NCBI GenBank assembly: GCA_017460225.1
Contig: JAFUBM010000005.1
Span: 12,284 to 76,283 of the forward strand
Direction of reading: 5' to 3'
DNA length: 64,000 nt
Source: Candidatus Saccharimonadota bacterium
Lineage (GTDB): Bacteria; Patescibacteriota; Saccharimonadia; Saccharimonadales; Saccharimonadaceae
This document shows positions 55,601 through 62,455 of this stretch, in pieces. Every line of letters starts with the position of its first letter. The stretch's first letter is position 1. A program made the position numbers and the translations under genes. The notes beneath the pieces were generated by a model, which was not told the origin of the DNA, did not search any database, and saw nothing but the letters and a program-made list of their open reading frames with translations.

Positions 55601-55768
55601 TTCCTGGCAGGTGTTGACGGAGGTGGTTTCTGAGGTGGTTTGGGCAGAAGAAGCGGGGTCGTCGACGGCGGAGACAGGCGTGTTTAACAGAGAGACGGTA
55701 GAAAAAAGAGCCAAAAAACTGAGGCCCAAAGAAAGAATTATACGGCGGATTTTTGCTAACACACGCAT
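52634..55768 (-). CDS. Large VirB6/TrbL-like polytopic T4SS membrane protein
   Basis: GWLVCP, IWSIFRDITN, YGIKRALPK, RQALIYLL..VSPLAF; ~8 TMs then ~700-aa hydrophilic tail. Confidence 0.7.
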   Translation of the reverse strand: MRVLAKIRRIILSLGLSFLALFSTVSLLNTPVSAVDDPASSAQTTSETTSVNTCQEESGSLGWLVCPATGFLSKVTDGLYEIIEEYLVIKPITSDADSPFRQIWSIFRDITNIVFVIFFLVVIYSQLTGIGISNYGIKRALPKVVVAAIMINLSYILCALFVDFSNIIGSSVRDIFLSIETSVTPSGLLTASVTSKDINYVNLTTLLGGGTILGGLAIGLAGGFAAVFLALIPVLLGGVVAVLSAYVTLAVRQALIYLLVMVSPLAFVSMMLPNTEIWYKKWKSTLTTMLVFYPLFAALFGACSLVGWTIMASAESNLILVLGMGVKVVPLIFSWKLLQMSGTLPGQVNTLVRNVLKAPTVGLSNAALRESAYRRAKYMGVEARPTQPSRYLAQYLKKRVDRRAADTADYEAAAKLSSAAYTANYRNRRGYLTSRGLERQRLLRQNVRNQELITKTTNDFEEGVSATTPKTDPRYQEILDNDLAVMNAADRLVIETARGEMIARDNAASRHARFEAALTARTQSTQYNRAINAANLARYNTISSIMHDNGERIHYAGAYAANAEAVQDKIITSKFANYFASIPPTQELVNRLKDLNNYHHSNEYIDTILMGMRTLNQRGDTDLVKATLDDVLSGGQIRLGTHASQAIANFLMFDVKDNDPFLRRYGKYINLETARVFNEGQLDDKGNDKRRKNNILSFDEYVKGEYEEVNPETGAVEIKKSKRGMVKLMEGTSLDGVERTAYDNILGSLKKVYGDDTEGMAKKLNELNWATLPAFISAALKYPSGSEQIQSQASYLTGLKLKNGKYVKRWEDPDDPYYGFPPEFFEKQTDLYVAAQTPNQILNLRTDLFSPMVESFANERIAELIASGELPENYADGMSDQELKEFRESKAKEKFQGILNSKGKLEQIYKSRRSGAALGSKDSLRRMLDLDDDVKIAAYIKQKAEERRERQAEIDRELEHEGSDSGPLPIYDNAEYFRDAMHDLFDEAGDSANYPKRVSRTLRKFGLDYCAYLFDEFLKANPSATNDDLFVELMDILDNPDNYR

Positions 55769-55922
55769 TGACCTTATGATTATATCACAAAATGCTTAAA
55801 AAGTCAATGATAATAAGGGGTAATAGAGAGGGCGGAAGAGGAGGAGGTGCGGGGCTGGCGTCTCTTTACAAGTAAAAATAAGTTTGGTATGATAGGGTTA
55901 AGCTTAATAAGAAAGGAAGAAG

Positions 55923-56318
55923 ATGAAAGTTTCTGAAAAAGTAAAGACGTTCATTATGGCCGGAGCGTTGGCGCTAGCTGGAGTGGGCGCAGCGGCGGTC
56001 TCGACGGTAACGGTGGCGCAGACCCCGGTTTACGCGGATTGGAAGTCTGAGGTACAGGGCGGGGCGGATTCTACGGGCGGTAATGGCACTGGGCAGAGCC
56101 TGGATGATTATGTAAAAACCATCATCAATACGATTCTCTATATCGTGGGTATCTTGGCGGTAGTTATGGTGATCTTTGGTGGCGTGCAGTATACGACTTC
56201 GGCGGGCGACCAAGCAAAGGTGACCAAGGCAAAGAACACGATTCTTTACGGGTTGATTGGGTTAATCGTAGCGGTGCTGGCCTATGCGATTGTCCAGTTT
56301 GTCATCGACAAGCTTTGA
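55923..56318 (+). CDS. TrbC/VirB2-like pilin
   Basis: Signal peptide; LAVVMVIFGGVQYTTSAGDQAKVTKAKNTILYGLIG. Confidence 0.85.
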   Translation: MKVSEKVKTFIMAGALALAGVGAAAVSTVTVAQTPVYADWKSEVQGGADSTGGNGTGQSLDDYVKTIINTILYIVGILAVVMVIFGGVQYTTSAGDQAKVTKAKNTILYGLIGLIVAVLAYAIVQFVIDKL

Positions 56319-56332
56319 TATTAGCCAAGAGG

Positions 56333-56360
56333 GCTCCCCGGAAAACCGGGGAGCTTTTTT
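56333..56360 (+). terminator. Intrinsic terminator
   Basis: GCTCCCCGG-AAAA-CCGGGGAGC followed by T6. Confidence 0.85.
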
Positions 56361-56388
56361 CTGCGGAGAAGTATGTTATAATAGGGCT

Positions 56389-56805
56389 ATGAAAAAGAAA
56401 ATCTTGTTGTGTTTAGTAAGTTTGATGATAGGGGTGGTGAGCTTGACGCCGGCGCCGGTGATGGCGATGTGCGGGACGGGCCACGCGTTTTTTGGGCTGA
56501 AGAGCTGGTATCATTATCTGGATTGTAATGCGGACGGGACGATTGCGGAGTCGACGTTTGCGGGTGATAATTTGGTAGAGGCGGTCTGGAAGATTGTGGC
56601 GGTGGTGATCTCGGATTTGTTCTTTGTGGCGGGGATGCTAGCGGTGGTGATGATTATCGTGGCGGGGATTAAGTTTATCACGAGCGCGGGAGACCCGGCG
56701 GGCGTGGCGAAGGCAAAGAAGGGTCTGACGGCGGCGATTGTGGGGCTGGTGATTGCGCTGGCGGCCTGGGCGATAGTAAATACCGTGATGGCGCTGTGGA
56801 GCTAA
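56389..56805 (+). CDS. TrbC/VirB2-like pilin with Cys-containing N-terminal extension
   Basis: IIVAGIKFITSAGDPAGVAKAKKGL; Cys pair. Start moved to 56389. Confidence 0.82.
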   Translation: MKKKILLCLVSLMIGVVSLTPAPVMAMCGTGHAFFGLKSWYHYLDCNADGTIAESTFAGDNLVEAVWKIVAVVISDLFFVAGMLAVVMIIVAGIKFITSAGDPAGVAKAKKGLTAAIVGLVIALAAWAIVNTVMALWS

Positions 56806-56814
56806 GGAGGAAAG

Positions 56815-57084
56815 ATGGACCAAGTAAAGAACGTAATCAACAACAGCGGGATTCCGCAGACGGATCCGAGCGTGGTAGAGGCAAATATCATCAACCGGAT
56901 ATTTTGGGTAGTGGGGGTGCTGGCGGTGATAATGATTATCGTGGCGGGGGTACAGATGATTACAAGCGCGGGAGACTCCGGAGCGGTGACTAAGGCAAAG
57001 CGGACGCTGGTCTATTCTATTGTGGGGCTGATTGTGGCCGTGCTGGCGTATGCAATCGTAAACTTTATTATTGGGAAGTTTTAG
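56815..57084 (+). CDS. Short TrbC/VirB2-like pilin
   Basis: SD AAGGAGG; IIVAGVQMITSAGDSGAVTKAKRTL. Confidence 0.82.
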   Translation: MDQVKNVINNSGIPQTDPSVVEANIINRIFWVVGVLAVIMIIVAGVQMITSAGDSGAVTKAKRTLVYSIVGLIVAVLAYAIVNFIIGKF

Positions 57085-57088
57085 CATA

Positions 57089-57114
57089 AAAAATAGCCCC
57101 GCGGGGCTATTTTT
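57089..57114. terminator. Bidirectional terminator
   Basis: AAAAATAGCCCC-GC-GGGGCTATTTTT. Confidence 0.8.
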
Positions 57115-57119
57115 GTTGG

Positions 57120-57650
57120 CTATTGAATCGGGATGACCTTGGGAGCTTCGACTTTTTCTTTCTCGAAGGTAATCGTAAGGACGCCATCGCGGAGCTCGGC
57201 TTTGACGGAGTTTTCATCTTCGCGGACTTGGACTGGAAGGGCGATAGTCCGGGAGAACTCACCCCAATAACATTCTTGGATGTGCCAGCGAGTAGTCTGG
57301 TCATCTTCCCCGCCGGAGAGAACACCGGAGATGGTCAAGATAGAATCATGAATAGAGACGTTTAGGTCGCTCTTTTTGATGCCGGCGGTGCGGGCTTTGA
57401 TAACTAATTTGTCGGCGGTTTCATAGACATCTACGGCGAGCTGTCCAGGAAAATCATCGCCAGTTTCCCACCCATCATCCCCCTCGTCTGATGGTTCTGC
57501 ACTTTCTTCTTCCTCGGCGGGAGCGAGATCTTCTTCCCCCTCGGGGGCAAGAGGCTCGTCCGGCTCGAGCATAGTGGTAGCGTCGTCTTCTAGGAAGGCG
57601 GCAGCTAATTCATCTTCCATCAGCATGTCATCGTTGGTTTTACGAGCCAT
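57120..57650 (-). CDS. Small heat-shock protein (Hsp20) with acidic N-terminal extension
   Basis: LAVDVYET, ECYWGEFSRTIALP, AELRDGVLTI. Confidence 0.92.
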   Translation of the reverse strand: MARKTNDDMLMEDELAAAFLEDDATTMLEPDEPLAPEGEEDLAPAEEEESAEPSDEGDDGWETGDDFPGQLAVDVYETADKLVIKARTAGIKKSDLNVSIHDSILTISGVLSGGEDDQTTRWHIQECYWGEFSRTIALPVQVREDENSVKAELRDGVLTITFEKEKVEAPKVIPIQ

Positions 57651-57722
57651 ACTCGGTTTCCTCCACTGAGATTAATATAACCTTTATTATATGGGAAAGG
57701 TCTGGTAAAATCAATAGAGAAT

Positions 57723-58499
57723 ATGGTTTTTTCTAAAGAAAATGGTGTAAAAAATACAACGAAATGGGCGGTAAGTTCGGTTTTTGATTTGTTATCACCT
57801 CCGTTGTGCAGGGGATGTGGGGTGCGAGGGAGCTATTTGTGTGAATGTTGTAAAAAATACATTTTGGAACACTTACGCGTGCGACGGGATTTTGGGGAGG
57901 CTCCGGAGGCGAGGGAGGTGTTTTATCGAGTGAGCTATCTGGGGTATCGGGATGAGCTGTTGGGGGAGATGGTGGAGGAATATAAATACCGTTCGATAAG
58001 GGGCTTAGCTGGGGTGCTGGCGGAGATATTATGGGAGGGATATTTGCGGTCAGAGACGAGGAAGAGGAAAGTAATTTTGGTGCCGTTCCCGACAAGCCGG
58101 AAGCACATAAGAGAGCGAGGGATGGACCATACGCTGATTTTGGCGCGAGAGATAGCCAAGCGGGCAGGAGGGGGCATGGAGGTCTCGAGGATGCTGAGAC
58201 GGCGCAAAGATACGACACAGGTAGGGGCGAGCGAGGAGTTGAGGAAGAAGCAGGCCAAAGAGGCGACGGAAGTAGACGAAAGAGAAGTTAGGAGAGTGTT
58301 AGAGAAATATGGGCGGGCGCTAGAGAAGGGGAAGGCGAGGGTGGTAGTGTTTGACGACGTCTGGACGACGGGGGCGAGTATGATAGAGGCGGGTAAAAAA
58401 TTGCGGCGAGCGGGTGTGGAGAGACTGGAAGGGCTGACGGTGGTGCGAGGGCGACGTCAAAAAAGCCCTACGATATACGGAGGGCTGTTTGAGGCTTAA
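57723..58499 (+). CDS. ComF family protein (Zn finger plus phosphoribosyltransferase)
   Basis: CRGC...CECC, RERGMDH, VVFDDVWTTGASM. Confidence 0.85.
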   Translation: MVFSKENGVKNTTKWAVSSVFDLLSPPLCRGCGVRGSYLCECCKKYILEHLRVRRDFGEAPEAREVFYRVSYLGYRDELLGEMVEEYKYRSIRGLAGVLAEILWEGYLRSETRKRKVILVPFPTSRKHIRERGMDHTLILAREIAKRAGGGMEVSRMLRRRKDTTQVGASEELRKKQAKEATEVDEREVRRVLEKYGRALEKGKARVVVFDDVWTTGASMIEAGKKLRRAGVERLEGLTVVRGRRQKSPTIYGGLFEA

Positions 58500-58504
58500 G
58501 TAGG

Positions 58505-58870
58505 CTAGGCGACAACGCCGAGAACAAACTCGACGATGGCAACGGAGAGCAGGGCGACGACGAGACCAATCAGAGCGTAGAGAATGGTGTTCTTGGCGTC
58601 GGTAACTTTTTTGGCATCGCCACCAGAGACAGCGTATTTGAACCCGCCGAAGATGAGCATAATAACGGAGAGCGCGCCGAGGATGTAGAGGAAAGTATGG
58701 GTGATTTCAGTGATGACACCGTTGTTACCGGTAAGGGTGGTGGGCATATCTTCGGTGCGGGCGGCTTCGATACCGTCACGGACAGAGAGAGCCATAACTT
58801 TGCCGGCGAAAAGAGTCGTCATTGCGGCGGCGCCGGTGAAAATTTGGGATAGTTTTGCTAGATGTTTCAT
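58505..58870 (-). CDS. TrbC/VirB2-like pilin
   Basis: IMLIFGGFKYAVSGGDAKKVTDAKNTILYALIG. Start moved to 58870. Confidence 0.85.
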   Translation of the reverse strand: MKHLAKLSQIFTGAAAMTTLFAGKVMALSVRDGIEAARTEDMPTTLTGNNGVITEITHTFLYILGALSVIMLIFGGFKYAVSGGDAKKVTDAKNTILYALIGLVVALLSVAIVEFVLGVVA

Positions 58871-58973
58871 TAATTTTCTCGCAGTTAATGAGTTATTTGG
58901 TCTATTATAGCACAGATTGAGGAAAAAGACAATAGGTGCGAAGAATGAGAGAATATGATAAAATAAGACGGAC

Positions 58974-59066
58974 GGAGGGTTACCCAAGTGGCTGAAGGGG
59001 ACGGTTTGCTAAATCGTTAGTCTGGGGAAACCTGGAGCGGGAGTTCGAATCTCCCACCCTCCGCCA
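58974..59066 (+). tRNA. tRNA-Ser (GCT)
   Basis: GGAGGGT...ACGGT-TTGCTAA-ATCGT, long variable arm, GTTCGAATC, ACCCTCC-GCCA. Confidence 0.92.
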
Positions 59067-59090
59067 TTTTTTGTGTGATATAATGAAGTC

Positions 59091-59570
59091 ATGAGTAGTA
59101 AAACTTTGAAACAGAAAGAAATAGTCAATTGGGAAGCGGAAGAGTATGTGCAGACGGAGAAAAATACGGGATGGTATGTGGGGTTGGGGGTGGTGGTGCT
59201 GGGGCTGGTGGCGTTGTCGATTTGGCTGGAATGGTGGACGTTTACGGCACTGGTAGTGCTGTCGGCGGTGGCGATTGTGATTTATTCGGTGTGGCCGCCA
59301 CGGAAGTTGCATTATTCCCTGTCGGACAAGGGGCTGTCGGAGGGAAATCGGCTGTATGATTATGACGAGTTTAAGAGCTTTGGGGTGGTAGTTGAGGGAA
59401 AGAAGCCGTCGATTGTGTTGACGCCGAGGAAGCGGTTTTCTCCGCGCGTAACGGTGTATTTTCCAAAGACGAAGGGGGAGGAGATTGTGGATGCGTTTGG
59501 CGCGAGACTGCCGATGGAAGACGCGAAGTTTGATTTATTGGACAGGATTGTGAAGTTTTTGCGATTTTAG
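59091..59570 (+). CDS. Small two-TM membrane protein with soluble C-terminal domain
   Basis: WEAEEY...WY, hairpin TMs; leaderless promoter. Confidence 0.75.
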   Translation: MSSKTLKQKEIVNWEAEEYVQTEKNTGWYVGLGVVVLGLVALSIWLEWWTFTALVVLSAVAIVIYSVWPPRKLHYSLSDKGLSEGNRLYDYDEFKSFGVVVEGKKPSIVLTPRKRFSPRVTVYFPKTKGEEIVDAFGARLPMEDAKFDLLDRIVKFLRF

Positions 59571-59639
59571 GCTTGAGCGTTTTGGAAAAATGTGGTAAGC
59601 TGGGTATAAGTAGAGTAATTTATCAACACTAAAAAAAGG

Positions 59640-60194
59640 GTGGTTATGAATAACGACGAATTGCAAAAAGCAATTGATGATATCACGAAAGAGACCGCGC
59701 CGGCTCCGGCTGAGCCTGTGGCGGCAGAGACAGAAGCGCTAGCGAACGAAATCGCAGGAGCGACCGCACCAACGACAGGCGAGGGCGTAGCACTCGCGCC
59801 GGTAGCGGAAGCGGCTCCGGCGGCAGAAGCGCCAGCAGTAGACATTCCGGCGGCGCCAGCACCAGCGGTACCAGAGACTCCAGCGATGCCTCCGGTAGCG
59901 GAAGCGCCAGCAGCTGAGCCTGCTCCGGCAGAACCGGTAGCTCCGGCGCCAGCACCAGTAGTGGCGACTGAGCCAGAGGCGGCGGCGACAGGTATGGACG
60001 ACATCAAGAAAGAAGCCCTGAAAGAGCTCTATCCGCTCCTAGATAAGACTGATATGACAGCGGAAGAAAAGTATGACATTTGTATGGAGATGCAGAGCGA
60101 GCCGGATGCGATCCGGAACGCACTGGGGTACGCGAAGCAGTTTACGGACATGGGTAAGAAGGTAGACGCGTTGCTCAAAATCTACAGGATGTAA
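59640..60194 (+). CDS. Ala/Pro/Glu-rich hypothetical protein with helical C-terminal domain
   Basis: Low-complexity central region; bounded by a terminator. Confidence 0.75.
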   Translation: MVMNNDELQKAIDDITKETAPAPAEPVAAETEALANEIAGATAPTTGEGVALAPVAEAAPAAEAPAVDIPAAPAPAVPETPAMPPVAEAPAAEPAPAEPVAPAPAPVVATEPEAAATGMDDIKKEALKELYPLLDKTDMTAEEKYDICMEMQSEPDAIRNALGYAKQFTDMGKKVDALLKIYRM

Positions 60195-60200
60195 ACCTAT

Positions 60201-60231
60201 AAAAAATAGCCCCCGTAGGGGGCTATTTTTT
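60201..60231. terminator. Bidirectional terminator
   Basis: AAAAAATAGCCCCC-GTA-GGGGGCTATTTTTT. Confidence 0.85.
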
Positions 60232-61843
60232 AGTACATGCCGGACATATCGGGAGTGGCTGGTTTGGGTTCGGGGATTTCGCAGATGAGGCAGCCCATAG
60301 TGATAGCCGTGGCGGCGATCGAGACGGCGTTTTGGACAGCTTCACGTGTAACGCGGGCAGGGTCGATGACGCCAGATTTTTTCATATCGACGAGACCTTT
60401 TTCGGGGGTCATGACGTTGATACCGTAGCCTGGTTTGGCTTTTTCAACTTCCGCAAGGAGAGCGGGGGCATTGAGGCCGGCGTTTTCTAAGATATGAATG
60501 AGCGGGCGTTTGAGGGCATTTTTGACAATTTTAGTACCGTTGTCATCGCCTTTGAGAGAATTGGCGAGATTGACGAGGGTAACACCGCCACCGGGGACGA
60601 TACCTTCAGAGAGAGCGGCTTTGGTAGCGGCGACGGCGTCGTCGACACGGAACTTCTTTTCGTCGATCTCGGTCTCGGTAGCGCCGCCGACTTTGATGAT
60701 GGCAACTTTGCCAGAGAGGGCAGCGGCACGTTTTTCGAGCTGTTCTCTTTCGTAATCAGAAGTGGCAAGAGCGGCTTGGTTTTTGATGAGCTCGATGCGG
60801 TCAGAGACGGATTGTTTGCTACCGGCACCTTTGATGATGGTGGATTCGTCTTTGGTGGCGATAACCTTACCGGCACTACCTAAGACTTCCATACCACATT
60901 CTTCGAGCTTGAGACCCTTATCGGCAGAGACGAGGGTAGCGTCGGTCAAGATAGCGATGTCTTCCATAATTTCTTTGCGGCGGTCACCAAAGGCGGGAGC
61001 TTTGAGGACGAGAGAATTAAAGACACCTTTGAGCTTGTTCAAAACAAGAAGCGAAAGAGCTTCGCCTTCGACTTCTTCGGCGATGATAACGAGGTCTTTC
61101 TTCCCTGCCTGAGCGCATTGTTCGAGGAGCGGAAGCAGGTCGGATGCGGCGGAAATCTTTTTATCGGTAACAAGGATGAGAGGCTTGTCAAAGACGGCTT
61201 CTTGGCGGTTAACGTCGGTGACGAAGAACGGAGAGGAATAACCTTTGTCGTAAGAAAAGCCTTCGGTAATTTCCTGCTCCATCTCTAGGCCTTGGCCAGC
61301 CTCAACGGTAACGACACCGTCTTTACCGATTTTTTCGATAACGTTAGCAATGAGTTCGCCAATTTCGGCGTCGCCAGCGGAAATGGTGGCGACTTCGGCG
61401 ACTTTTTTGGAATTGCCCTCGATTTTTTCTGTCAATCCATCGATGCCTTTAATGATTTCTGCTCCAGCGCGTTCAATTCCCTTGCGGAGCTCCATAGGAT
61501 TGACGCCAGCGGCGATGAGCTTGTTGGCTTCGTTGAGGATTTCGTAGGTGAGGACGGTGACGGTAGTAGTACCATCGCCAGCGACTTTGTTGAGCTTTTG
61601 GGCGGCAGATTTAATGAGTTTGGCGCCAACGGCTTCGCCGAGGTTGGTTTCGTCGTTCTTGAGCTCGACGGCTTCGGCGACGGTCACGCCATCGTGTGTG
61701 ATGACAGGCGCGCCGTATTCTTTTTCGATAATGACGTTTTTACCTTTGGGACCAAAGGTAACTTTGACGGCGTCGTAAAGTTGTTTAGCGCCGCTTAAAA
61801 CTTTTTCACGAGCTTCGGCTTCGTAATAAATCTTTTTTGCCAT
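60230..61843 (-). CDS. groL: Chaperonin GroEL
   Basis: TFGPKG, ITHDGVTVA, AGDGTTT, KAPAFGDRRK, GIVPGGG. Confidence 0.98.
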   Translation of the reverse strand: MAKKIYYEAEAREKVLSGAKQLYDAVKVTFGPKGKNVIIEKEYGAPVITHDGVTVAEAVELKNDETNLGEAVGAKLIKSAAQKLNKVAGDGTTTVTVLTYEILNEANKLIAAGVNPMELRKGIERAGAEIIKGIDGLTEKIEGNSKKVAEVATISAGDAEIGELIANVIEKIGKDGVVTVEAGQGLEMEQEITEGFSYDKGYSSPFFVTDVNRQEAVFDKPLILVTDKKISAASDLLPLLEQCAQAGKKDLVIIAEEVEGEALSLLVLNKLKGVFNSLVLKAPAFGDRRKEIMEDIAILTDATLVSADKGLKLEECGMEVLGSAGKVIATKDESTIIKGAGSKQSVSDRIELIKNQAALATSDYEREQLEKRAAALSGKVAIIKVGGATETEIDEKKFRVDDAVAATKAALSEGIVPGGGVTLVNLANSLKGDDNGTKIVKNALKRPLIHILENAGLNAPALLAEVEKAKPGYGINVMTPEKGLVDMKKSGVIDPARVTREAVQNAVSIAATAITMGCLICEIPEPKPATPDMSGMY

Positions 61844-61865
61844 ATATTATATATACCTTTCTGGA

Positions 61866-62114
61866 TTAGAGCGTTGCGAGGACGTCTTCTTCTTTTACTA
61901 AAATATATTCGGTGGCGTCGAGCTTGACAGGAGTAGTGGAGTATTCTTTGTAGATGATTTTGTCGCCTTTTTTGACGTCTTTGACGTCTTTGCCGACGGA
62001 TTCGACTACGGCGTAGGCGGGTTTTTCTTTTTCTGGAAGAAGCAGGCCGGAAGCAGTGATGTTTTTAGTCTCTTCTTTTTTCGCAACAATGTAATCTTTG
62101 AGCGGTTTTAGCAT
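61866..62114 (-). CDS. groS: Co-chaperonin GroES (short, 82 aa)
   Basis: LKPLKD, TASGLLLP, VKKGD, EEDVLA. Confidence 0.95.
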   Translation of the reverse strand: MLKPLKDYIVAKKEETKNITASGLLLPEKEKPAYAVVESVGKDVKDVKKGDKIIYKEYSTTPVKLDATEYILVKEEDVLATL

Positions 62115-62152
62115 AATATCTCCTTTTCTGGCTATTTATTATAGCCGTTTGA

Positions 62153-62179
62153 TTAGCACTGTCAAGTGTAGAGTGCTAA
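62153..62179. promoter_or_regulatory. CIRCE element (HrcA operator) upstream of groES
   Basis: TTAGCACTG-N9-GAGTGCTAA, one mismatch to the consensus TTAGCACTC-N9-GAGTGCTAA. Confidence 0.9.
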
Positions 62180-62183
62180 AGCG

Positions 62184-62392
62184 GTCATTTCTTGGCTGGC
62201 TATAACGGCGAAGGATTCTTTCTCGCTAGGGAAAATCCAGTCTGATTTTTCTCGACGTCCAGTCGAGCGGCTCGCAAAGCGATTCGGGATACACCGGCCA
62301 TCGTTTGCTCGCCTTCGTGTCCGTCTCGAAAAATCCGTGGATTTTCTTTAGTCGCTTCGAAAGAACCATTCGCCTCGCCGGCAAGAAATGAC
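62184..62392. mobile_element. 209-bp MITE/REPIN-like element, copy 2
   Basis: Same orientation and length as copy 1; 9 mismatches by manual alignment. Confidence 0.75.
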
Positions 62393-62455
62393 GGTTTTGA
62401 CACTAGCATTATGAAAATGGCTGTGGTAAAATTAAAGTAATTAAGTGGAGGTTAT

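Noticed and set aside
46990-59066. Integrative conjugative element inserted at tRNA-Ser
   Set aside because: No integrase, relaxase or duplicated tRNA 3' end seen; the tRNA 3' end points away from the cluster; composition matches core genes.
57089-60231. Near-identical hairpins AAAAATAGCCCC..GGGGCTATTTTT at 57089 and 60201 as a REP family
   Set aside because: Both sit between convergent genes and are adequately explained as bidirectional terminators; two copies are too few to call a family.
2037-61798. Numerous long antisense or alternate-frame ORFs (e.g. 2807..3523+, 3545..4273+, 22505..23224+, 41502..42203+, 43080..43817-, 52823..53926+, 61292..61798+)
   Set aside because: They shadow well-supported genes, lack motifs and expression signals, and are expected from the strong codon and strand bias.
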